DNA from: Paraphysomonas bandaiensis
Lineage: Eukaryota > Protista > Chrysophyceae
DNA: 64,000 nucleotides
NCBI GenBank assembly: GCA_965644295.1
Contig: CBFFRP010000394.1
Coordinates: forward strand, 1 to 64,000
Direction of reading: 5' to 3'
Part shown: positions 38,607-48,197 of the stretch, one piece after another
Position numbering within the stretch: position 1 is the stretch's first letter
Layout of the letters: every line of letters starts with the position of its first letter
The notes under the pieces: model-generated
Database searches by the model: none
Told to the model about the DNA's origin: nothing
The model's input: the letters and a program-made list of their open reading frames with translations, nothing else
Program-made: the position numbers and the translations under genes

Positions 38607-39231
38607 GATTTGTTTGAGATGTTATTTGTGAGTATGTATGTATATGTTGATATGTTAAGATGATATGATTGTGAGATGTATGTATATGTATGTATGTATG
38701 TGTATGTATGTGTGATGATGTGAGCGATATGTCGTGGGTGTACCTACCTATACGATAGTGATAGGAATATATGGATATTTCCATATGTTCGAAGCATACT
38801 GACGTAGATGTACTGCTATACTCACATTACGTCGTACTTGTATGGTGAGTATATCATATATCTATGTACAGATGTACCTGACAGTCGTACTGGTCGACAG
38901 AATACACTGTAACCCATAATCTTCTAGAAACCTCAGGAAGTTTCCTAGTGACGTCTTCATATAGGTATGTACCTCGACATATGTACCCGGGCGTATGTAC
39001 CTGAGAATATAATACCGCTGTAGTGAAGTACACGATATATGTATATATACACTGCTGATGCTGTATATGTAAGTGTGTGTCATAGGAACTTGCAATGCAT
39101 GAAATGCACGACTCCTAATCTCCACCATTCTCAATCTGTTTGCAACAACAATTGTCATATACAACATACATAATGCATTTTATCCCTTAAGTTATTTGTG
39201 TTTGCATTTCGTGGAGCGTGTATTGAGATTG

Positions 39232-40187
39232 ATGAGTATGGATTCTGAGAGTGCATACAGTGATATAGAGCAGCGCTGGTACACTATATGTTACAATTTC
39301 TTCAGATACGAGGACCAGAAATGTAAGGAGGCCATTCAATGGTTCCAAGACTTTTCATCGTTAAATGGATCTGCTCCGCCAGTGACTCGATTAACATCAG
39401 ACCAACGAGATGAATTTGAAGCTTGCGGAATATTAAGTTTTAAAGATGATGATGCTTGGTATCATTTCGATGATATTCGTAACAAAGCTAGATCTATGGC
39501 TCATGTTGATTCTACTAAGAGCCGTATTCAAGAAGTTATTCACACCGTAACAGTTGTGGATCAAACTAGCTCATGCTCCATAAAAAACAGTACGATTGTG
39601 CAATATATAAATGATGTAGTGAAGTATCAGAACAAATACGATATTGGGGTTGGCCGATTTCTGGAATATATATCTCAATGGGTTGAGGAACAGTTACAAT
39701 GGACTACATGCTGTCTCATTACAATTGAAGTTGCTCTACTCAGTGAGCGTCCGGCGGATTTTGTGTGGATGGCCGTCACTTTACTCTGTAGTCTTGGGAA
39801 GTTTGAAAGCAATATTAACGAAGTAAAGGTAGGAAGCCTTGACTATATGTAGTCTTTGTTATGAATAAGTGCACTTTAAAAAATATTTAAACTAGTTTTG
39901 GTTGGTGCATACCTTGTGGCGAATTGTTTGAATTTTAACACTATTCGTAGGAGTCTGAATTGAAATCTTCGTTAAAGATGTCATGGATAATGCATCCTCA
40001 TTTCTCTGATTCATTTTTAGGTTTGATTATTAGAAAACTTCATTCTAATCGAAGAAGATATAAAATTGGAAATAGGCACACCGCTTCTAACGTCGTTAGG
40101 GAAAGTGTCAGCCCTACGACAGTGACGAGGGTAAATGTACATGGAGGGTTAGAAATGGGGTGGAGAGAATGTATTTGTTGTATATAA
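39232..40187 (+). CDS. Hypothetical protein, two exons, Cys-rich C-terminus
   Basis: ORFs 39196-39852 and 39960-40187 can be joined by a GT-AG intron (~39829-39950); ends ECICCI*. Confidence 0.6.
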
Positions 40188-42366
40188 ATGAGAGTAAGAT
40201 TATAGTTCTATCTACTTGAAGATTTCACTCTTTATAAATATCAGTACCTAGTGGAAACATCACTGTGCAATGTAAGTCATATAGCCTCTATACTCTGTAC
40301 CACAACAACCAACAACGCCACGGTTTGATTTCATGTTGGGGGGTCTAAGTGGCGACCCAAGCCGAAATCAATGAAGGACAACTCCGAGAAACTATGTCAT
40401 TAAACGGCCTGTAGAACTACACTACGAACTTCGAAAGTTTATTAGGAACCAAAACACCATTTTACCTCCTGCGCAATGAAAAATGTACCTTGTATATAAC
40501 TAACCGTCAGAGCTGCTTCAACGATGGAATCTCTAGTGGTTCCAGCAGAAGGAGGTGCTTCATGTTAATTCATCCTCTGGGATATTCCATTCAGGCGATC
40601 GAAGCCACTGAAAAAGCTCTTTATAGTGGAGTTGGTGACAAAGTTAATGAATTTCTTGCTTAGTTCGATCAGTTCACATATTACTGTACTTCGAAAGCAC
40701 TTGATCTCAAGGTGCTTCAAAAGCGTATGAAATATGACGGACTGACACAGATAGAGTAGATTCGCGGAAATGAAGTCCTAAAGTCGGGTCTGGTACTCAC
40801 TTTTTGCATGTGGATGATATCGGTACCGTCGTCTGTAGAATCGACTGCAAGATGAGTGGGCCACCCGTAGCAAATACAATGTATTCACAGTCGTGGATCG
40901 GCGTGACACAGCACCTCCAGCCCAATATACATCTGTAAAAATAATATGTAAGTCGAGGCTTTTCCTAATTTACTGGGGACCCCCTTACTGACAGTGCCCC
41001 TCTGACATATATATATTGTAACAGGTGAGTCATTAAAATGTACATGTAGCCAGGGTTGACTAGCAGCATATGAAAGCGATATATATATATCTGGCCTTTC
41101 AGCAAAGCGTTTTTGTAGAGTTAATGACAACGCGAGTAAATTTATTTCTTGTTAAATTCGATCAGTTCATATTAATTTGTACTCCTTCTCTGAATCTGAT
41201 CTCCAGTTTCTGCATGATTTCTTTTGTTTTATCAGCTCATAGTTCTCGTGATCCAGAGTATTACATAATATTGGTCACTATCTTCAAAATGCTTCAGGTA
41301 CCATCCTTTTGAACTAATTCGTAGATCGCACTATATATATATACTATAAAAGTAGTCTCTATACTCTACATATATACTGGCTTTCGGCAGCAGCAGTGGT
41401 ATTTTAGCGGGAGGGAATAAAGACTTGGACTCTAGCCCTAGCTCAAGCCCTAAATAGTGTCTTCTCCTTCCTCATCAACCACGTCTTCATACGCTTGGTC
41501 GAACTGGCTACTCCAAACTGATGGAATACAAGCACACTCCCTTAGTGTCATCTTTGCTGGAACTACTATACTCGCTACCACGTCAGATTTTGACATTGCT
41601 TAGACTTTTTACCAACTGACTCAACTCAATATTACTGAATTAGCAGATTATAACAAATTATAATACTTTAACCGTGTTGTTTATACTCATCACATAAAGT
41701 CGGGGTAATCTACCAAAACCTGGTGAAATTTTTGATGATGGACGGAAAAGGGTTCAACTCTGCACAATCAGTAAATATGAAGATAAGAACATATTAAAAA
41801 AATTATTTATAATATCCTTTACTACTTTCTTACACATATATTATATTATACAGTTTAAGCAATTCCATCATAAGCATAGAGCTATCCTTTGTATATGACA
41901 CCCCACTACTACGTCGACGTTTTACGATCAAAACTTTGTCAGATGTGAGAGCGCGCCTTGGTCCATTCATTCTGTTGTAGGCTCTGTCACTGTCCCCCAT
42001 TGCTGTTGCTTTTATAGTCATTTTCTTTGACGAAGTTACTATATACATAATACATTATATATAAAACAAACACTACCACACTTAATATTATTCGGTGCGG
42101 TGAACTGCAAGTAGTACCGGCTACATTTGAATCTGAATGGCTACTTCTATTTGCAGCGCAATTCTCTACAGTATCACTTCACACTTCACTAAAACTTTGT
42201 AGCACTGTATTTAACTGTTGTATTCAATATATATTTTAAGTACAAGTGGAGAAGCTGATGTCGCGATAATAGGTAGCCTTCTGTCAATTAATTATATAAT
42301 ATACAATGTCACAAATACATGATAATGAAGTTGTCACATTTCCTCTAAATGTCATGCGCAGCGTTC

Positions 42367-45300
42367 TCACGATAGCTTCTCAAGTATTTCATGACATAAC
42401 TGTCTACATACGGCATCATCGACAGAGGCTCTAGAATATAAATCTGCGATGTTCACCCGAATAACAGATATTCCTAATACATCTTTGAAAAACTCATCCC
42501 TTCTCCTAGAAAAATTAACACTCGACGGAAACCGATGCATAGGGCCATCAACTTCAATATTATATACAGATTTGCATTTTCCATTTTCTGAAGTACGCCG
42601 AAGCAACATGTCACATTCGAAGCCCTCCATATATATGCCTTCATCCATATTATAGCACACTTGATTTTCAGCAAGAATATGCCGCAGAATAACGGCAAAC
42701 CTTGTCTCCAACTTGGACGGCACAGGTGTTGGCGGAAAAAGCGGTGAATTGGACATATTTCTGAATGATTCCATTCGAATTGCATCAATATCATCCAACA
42801 GTTCTAAAGAGAACTCATAACTTTTTCCATAAAACTGTAGCAGGTTCATTGTGGCAACGAAAGTATTTAGAGGGGTTATATCATCCCCCTTAAAACCACT
42901 AGCCACGTTTGCACCAACACATCTAATGATATGGTGTATAGCACTTTCAACAGCAGCCCTGTGGACTAACCAGCTCTTGTCTGAGCAAAGAGATACTAAT
43001 CCAAATAAAGACATTGCAGCCGATAACGGGGAAAACGTGTCACACTTCATCGCCAGGCCACACAACTTTAGTGCAACTTCCCGTACAGGAGGTGCTCTCA
43101 TATCCATTCTCTGCATCCCGTACAATGCCTTCGCCACATCAGCAGAATCCAGCGAGGGTACATGCATTTTCATTTTCGTGGACAGTGCCTGAACAATCTC
43201 ACATACACTTTCTTCATCACTTGTCATTCCTTGTAGCCCATACAGTGATAATGATATATCTAAAAAATTAAATTGACCATGACAACCCGAAACTTTAGAA
43301 GCTAGGCTGCATAGCATCTTCTTGACAGCTGGACAGTCAGATGACTTATTCCGTAAACCATACAGCGCATTAACAACGGCTTCTGAAGAAAAAATATATG
43401 AGGAACGATCCAAATTATCTGCCAGAAAATTAAATATGTCCCTCACGTTCTCGTCTCCAGACCACATCAACTGGAGACCACTTATCGATCTACTAGTATA
43501 TGGTGGTACGAGCAGTTCATCACATGAGAGTACTTTCGGTTTGAGTGCCGCAGTAAGTTTTATAACTTCCAATGAAGAGTTGTTCATCTGTTTGAGACCA
43601 TGCAAAGCTCTTGCCACATCTATTGCTCGGAATTTTCCTTCGCATTGACGGACGGGTTCAATTAAGGCAGATACAAGAGCACGGATAGGAACCGCGTTGG
43701 AATCCATACTCTGCATTCCATAAATGGCAGCAGCCACCTCGTTTGCTTTCCATCCTTCAGGCGAAATTTTGTTACTGAGAGCAATGACCAGTGCGCACAC
43801 TTCTTTGTGACGACTATCCATGAATTTCAGCCCAAACAGTCCATGGCTGATTCTAGATCCAGTAAGAGGATCCGTACACATTTCTACTTTCCGTTGCAAT
43901 ATTCTTAAAAGTTCCTTCACATGATTAACTTCACTGCGCATATTGCGTAATCCACCCAACATAAGACCAATCTCATCGCCACTCAGCGTACCTTTAAACA
44001 AACGGACTTTTTTTAGTAGTGACCACATAAACCACATTACTTCATTGTCAGATGTCATCATGCGCTTCATAGAATTTACAGCAGTCGCGAGAGTGTCGGA
44101 CGTAAAAGGTTCCTGACAATTATCGATAGCGTCAGTCATATGAATCAACACTTTTCGGAAGTCGGGCGAATTGCTATAGATTTCACACAACCCTTTAAGG
44201 GTTTTCCCCAAGTCGGGCTCAGTGAACCTGCCCTTACATTTCGCCAAACCAACCCGAACAATTGGTAGAATCATTTTCATTTCCTCGTCATTGGGGTGCA
44301 TATTCTGCATACCACAAAAAATATTTGAAACTATAACTGGTATCCATGGCTCTTTGGATTTCCCAACTTGAGAAGTTATATAATTAACCACTTTGCGGAA
44401 AGAAGTCGCGCGGTGCGAATAATTTTTCAGCAGGTAGAAACACTTCGACGCTTCAAAGAGTGGAATGTCTTGCGCTGTATCCAAGTTGGCAAAAATTGCA
44501 GACGCAAACTTTTGTACTGAAGGGTGGTGAAGTTGCATATTCTCAAGTCCCTGGAGGACGAGAAGAAGGTACTGAGGGGACAAGCGTTCTTGAACAGACA
44601 CGGTACGAGAAAGGGCGTTGAGCAACTTTACAACTTCAATATTAGAGGAAGTCATTCTTCGCATACCAGAAACTAACTGAGCTATTTGAGAAGGTGGCAG
44701 TGCAGATGAGCGGGCAATCACTGAAGTCAATGCAGCTAGCAGCATTTGAATCTCCTTGTGATCGGTTGACATGTGCATCAAGTTTGCCATGTCGGTGAAT
44801 ATGTCACTTGATGACAAATCTGACTGTACTAATGATCGGTTGCATAATGCAGCAATTAAGTTTCGTACATCAGAGTGTTCACTGGAAAATTCTTTCATAC
44901 CACAGAGTACCCTTACCAACTGGGACGCACTCATCGACCCAGATGCGGTATTCACATGGACTGACAAGGTTCGAAGTACCTCCTGGGTTGGGGGAGACCC
45001 AATGCTTCGTCCACGAAGAGAGTTGATGAGCTCGCATAACGTTTCTGTTTGTACCGTATTACACGATTGAAGGTGTCGACCAAGGGAAAGCACCACCTCA
45101 TCCATCTCTTTGTGACTGCTAGGCATGTTCTTCAGTTCCCTCAAACATAAGACGATGTCCTCAGGTGAGAGAGCTGGACGGTGAGGAAGGCATATATGGC
45201 GATTGAGTGCGCGTTCCAGTAATCTTACTTCACTGGTATACGACGTCCACTGAGAACATATCCGGAAACCAACCGATAAACACTCCGCCGACAGTGGCTC

Positions 45301-45957
45301 TTCACATAAGTCAACCCGATCAGTGACAGCCTTTAAAAGTATAACAGATTCTTTGTGCATGAGGTTCTTATGTGAGAGAGCTCTCAAGCAGTCTTCAATC
45401 ATCACTGAGGTATACGAACCACAACTTGAAGTCATCAATGGAGCGACAATCTTCATTAACGACCGCACAGGTCTTGTTTCACTGCCAACGTGGTGGAATC
45501 CACGCAAGATATGAGATACCATATCCGCTGGGATGCTATCGAAACGCTGATGAGTGAGCTGCAGAACAAGAGAATGGAGAAGTCGGTCCACAGCCTGTGC
45601 ATGTATATGAGCATGCATGGGAGGATATAGGGGTGTTATGTCCCTTGTAATGTCCTTTATGTCCCCCATTATTGTGCACAGCATTTTTGGACTAATAGTT
45701 CTAACAGAGTGTGTGATATGATCACGTAATTCATTAATACCACTTGCATTGACCCTCCCTTGATCATCTCTCAATGAAAACTTACTGGAGAATGACTCAC
45801 TTGAGTTACTGCACTGTGCAATTTGCTGATATATATAAAAAGGGACATCTTTTTTATAGAGACGTGAAATTGCACGATTATGTGTAATAAGATGGTGAGT
45901 AAGGGCTTTAGAAGGGCAGTTGAGTGTTCGGGATAGGTGATGAAGTGTACGAAGCAT
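42367..45957 (-). CDS. Alpha-helical ~40-aa repeat protein with C-terminal RAP domain, probably organelle-targeted
   Basis: About 20 repeats (e.g. FRAIDVARALHGLKQMNNSSLEVIKLTAALKPKVLSCDEL). RAP motif CDMLL..YNIEVDGPMH..RRRDEF..GISVIRV. Basic, acid-free N-terminus MLRTLHHLSRTL.. from the ATG at 45957. Confidence 0.85.
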   Translation of the reverse strand: MLRTLHHLSRTLNCPSKALTHHLITHNRAISRLYKKDVPFYIYQQIAQCSNSSESFSSKFSLRDDQGRVNASGINELRDHITHSVRTISPKMLCTIMGDIKDITRDITPLYPPMHAHIHAQAVDRLLHSLVLQLTHQRFDSIPADMVSHILRGFHHVGSETRPVRSLMKIVAPLMTSSCGSYTSVMIEDCLRALSHKNLMHKESVILLKAVTDRVDLCEEPLSAECLSVGFRICSQWTSYTSEVRLLERALNRHICLPHRPALSPEDIVLCLRELKNMPSSHKEMDEVVLSLGRHLQSCNTVQTETLCELINSLRGRSIGSPPTQEVLRTLSVHVNTASGSMSASQLVRVLCGMKEFSSEHSDVRNLIAALCNRSLVQSDLSSSDIFTDMANLMHMSTDHKEIQMLLAALTSVIARSSALPPSQIAQLVSGMRRMTSSNIEVVKLLNALSRTVSVQERLSPQYLLLVLQGLENMQLHHPSVQKFASAIFANLDTAQDIPLFEASKCFYLLKNYSHRATSFRKVVNYITSQVGKSKEPWIPVIVSNIFCGMQNMHPNDEEMKMILPIVRVGLAKCKGRFTEPDLGKTLKGLCEIYSNSPDFRKVLIHMTDAIDNCQEPFTSDTLATAVNSMKRMMTSDNEVMWFMWSLLKKVRLFKGTLSGDEIGLMLGGLRNMRSEVNHVKELLRILQRKVEMCTDPLTGSRISHGLFGLKFMDSRHKEVCALVIALSNKISPEGWKANEVAAAIYGMQSMDSNAVPIRALVSALIEPVRQCEGKFRAIDVARALHGLKQMNNSSLEVIKLTAALKPKVLSCDELLVPPYTSRSISGLQLMWSGDENVRDIFNFLADNLDRSSYIFSSEAVVNALYGLRNKSSDCPAVKKMLCSLASKVSGCHGQFNFLDISLSLYGLQGMTSDEESVCEIVQALSTKMKMHVPSLDSADVAKALYGMQRMDMRAPPVREVALKLCGLAMKCDTFSPLSAAMSLFGLVSLCSDKSWLVHRAAVESAIHHIIRCVGANVASGFKGDDITPLNTFVATMNLLQFYGKSYEFSLELLDDIDAIRMESFRNMSNSPLFPPTPVPSKLETRFAVILRHILAENQVCYNMDEGIYMEGFECDMLLRRTSENGKCKSVYNIEVDGPMHRFPSSVNFSRRRDEFFKDVLGISVIRVNIADLYSRASVDDAVCRQLCHEILEKLS

Positions 45958-46088
45958 TATGATGCATAATGGAGGAGGAATGTATGTGGTGTTTGTTAAT
46001 GTGGACTGGTTGCACTGAACCATTCATACATATACACACACATCGAGACACTGCCCACGGAATACCTTATACACCACGTATATGTACA

Positions 46089-46487
46089 CATACATACATA
46101 CATACATACATACATACATACATACATACATACATACATACATACATACATACATACATACATACATACATACATACATACATACATACATACATACATA
46201 CATACATACATACATACATACATACATACATACATACATACATACATACATACATACATACATACATACATACATACATACATACATACATACATACATA
46301 CATACATACATACATACATACATACATACATACATACATACATACATACATACATACATACATACATACATACATACATACATACATACATACATACATA
46401 CATACATACATACATACATACATACATACATACATACATACATACATACATACATACATACATACATACATACATACATACATACAT
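46089..46487. repeat. (CATA)n microsatellite, ~400 bp
   Basis: Seen directly; between the divergent RAP-repeat and NTPase starts. Confidence 0.99.
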
Positions 46488-46692
46488 GCCTTTCTACCTG
46501 GACCTACCTACCTTTACATTACATCCAATCATTATCTATCTTTAGTATTTTATTCGTCCCTTACCTAACTACATACGCGTACATTATGCAGGTATGACAT
46601 CATACAAAGACACTCATATATATATCCCCCATACATACACACACATATATCAACACTATCAATCTCATATATCTATACTTACAAACACTAAC

Positions 46693-47595
46693 ATGAAAGT
46701 ACTCCTTACAGCACCACCACAAACTGGTAAAAGTACTCTATTAAAAAAGATATTAGATCAATATCACGGATATAAACGTGGTATATTCTCACGTGAAAAT
46801 CGTAAAGATAATAAACGGATTGGGTTTACAGCCGTATTATCTAATGGAAAAACACGTGATTTTATGATAAAAGAGAATAAAAATATACAAAAATTCAATA
46901 ATTTTCCTAAAGTTGGGAAATATTATGTTGATATTGATTGTATTAATAATTTTATATTACCAGAAATTTATTCTTGTCTTGAAGAATCTCATGATTGTTT
47001 GATATATATTGATGAAATAGGTCGAGCTCAATCATTTTCAACATGTTATATGTCTGCTGTAGAGCAGTTATATAGATCTGATAGACATGTTATTGGTACT
47101 ATTGTTTACGCTGATGAACCTTTTAGTATGGTGTTCAAGAGATCGCCCGACGTGTGGTTAATTGAGGTCACAATCGACAATAGAGACTACCTTCCAGATA
47201 TAATACTAGGGCTGTTTGAAAATGCAGTACTGTTGGAAAGCCTTGCACCGGACATTCAAGCCAGAATTCGAACAAAATTTTTTGAGCTTTTATCGGGAGG
47301 AGAGTTTGTTGCAGCAAAGAAGTTGTTTACTAACACGGTACGCTACTTAGCTGAAAATCGAGTACAGCGAATAGGTGAAGCAGATTATCCTGCTTCTGAC
47401 GAGGTATCGTATCCAAAGACAGATCGATATCGTGTTATAGGTGACACAAACACTCATTGTGTGGTGCGCGATGAGGTATCACAAAGCTACTACTGCGATT
47501 GCCCATTGTTCAAAGGAGAGGGGAAGTTCAAGGGTCAAAACCAAACTTGCTCACATATATTAAGCGTTTTATTTTTTCAGTCAGTGGGAAAATGA
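46693..47595 (+). CDS. NTPase_1 (THEP1/NTPCR-like) fused to a C-terminal SWIM Zn finger
   Basis: VLLTAPPQTGKST, RIGF, KVGKYYVD, IYIDEIG, VIGTI, IEVTIDNRD; C-terminal YYCDC..TCSHIL; intronless. Confidence 0.85.
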   Translation: MKVLLTAPPQTGKSTLLKKILDQYHGYKRGIFSRENRKDNKRIGFTAVLSNGKTRDFMIKENKNIQKFNNFPKVGKYYVDIDCINNFILPEIYSCLEESHDCLIYIDEIGRAQSFSTCYMSAVEQLYRSDRHVIGTIVYADEPFSMVFKRSPDVWLIEVTIDNRDYLPDIILGLFENAVLLESLAPDIQARIRTKFFELLSGGEFVAAKKLFTNTVRYLAENRVQRIGEADYPASDEVSYPKTDRYRVIGDTNTHCVVRDEVSQSYYCDCPLFKGEGKFKGQNQTCSHILSVLFFQSVGK

Positions 47596-47878
47596 TTGGG
47601 AAATTGGTGTGATTTCCTAGTCACACTATGTTTGGTGTAAATACCTAGTCAATGTAATAAATGACTCAACCTAGTCAATTTAGTTATAAACCTAGTCATA
47701 AATTGTACTCGCATATATCAGGTCAAAGGAAAGTTAGAGTATAGAAAAAGAGATATTTTGCTCATAGACAGGACTCCACTCTTCTGCGTTCTCTGAACAG
47801 AATATTCATATATGTCTTCATTTTCCTTCGAACCAAACGTCATGAAATCATGCCGTCTGGGGGGTTCTTAGTGTCACT

Positions 47879-48197
47879 TGTTGAGTTCTGCTATATGAGA
47901 GCAATTGAAAGCTGTAGTTATAAGGTATTTAAATTACTGTATTATACAGTTGTAGTCTTGTTAATCGTATTGTGAGAATGAATGACGATAAGCACATAGC
48001 GGTAAAACGGAATATTGTGACGATGCAAGTTGTAGTGACGATGTAAGATCGTCGTACGAGAAATGAGTGGTAGTGGAGACAACATGATATTGATGAATGA
48101 TAAGAGACATTGATTATAATTTATAATTCTCAGCTTTGAGTATAAGTTACCTTCTGTTGTTAAGTTAATACTTCTCATATAATGTCAAACCTTGACA
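47879..48197 (+). repeat. Copia 5' LTR
   Basis: TGTTGAG..TTGACA; matches 53092-53410. Confidence 0.97.

Noticed and set aside
40300-41600. Possible decayed gene or transposon between convergent genes
   Set aside because: Only short interrupted frames and an 11-bp direct repeat (CTCTATACTCT); no recognisable motif or termini.
16222-46597. MYVC/HTYI-repeat ORFs at 16.2-16.8, 21.2-22.1, 29.7-30.5 and 46.0-46.6 kb
   Set aside because: They are translations of stop-free (CATA)n microsatellites, not genes.
47942-48178. Duplicated 78-aa ORF (also 53155-53391)
   Set aside because: Antisense ORF within the two identical LTRs; no coding evidence.
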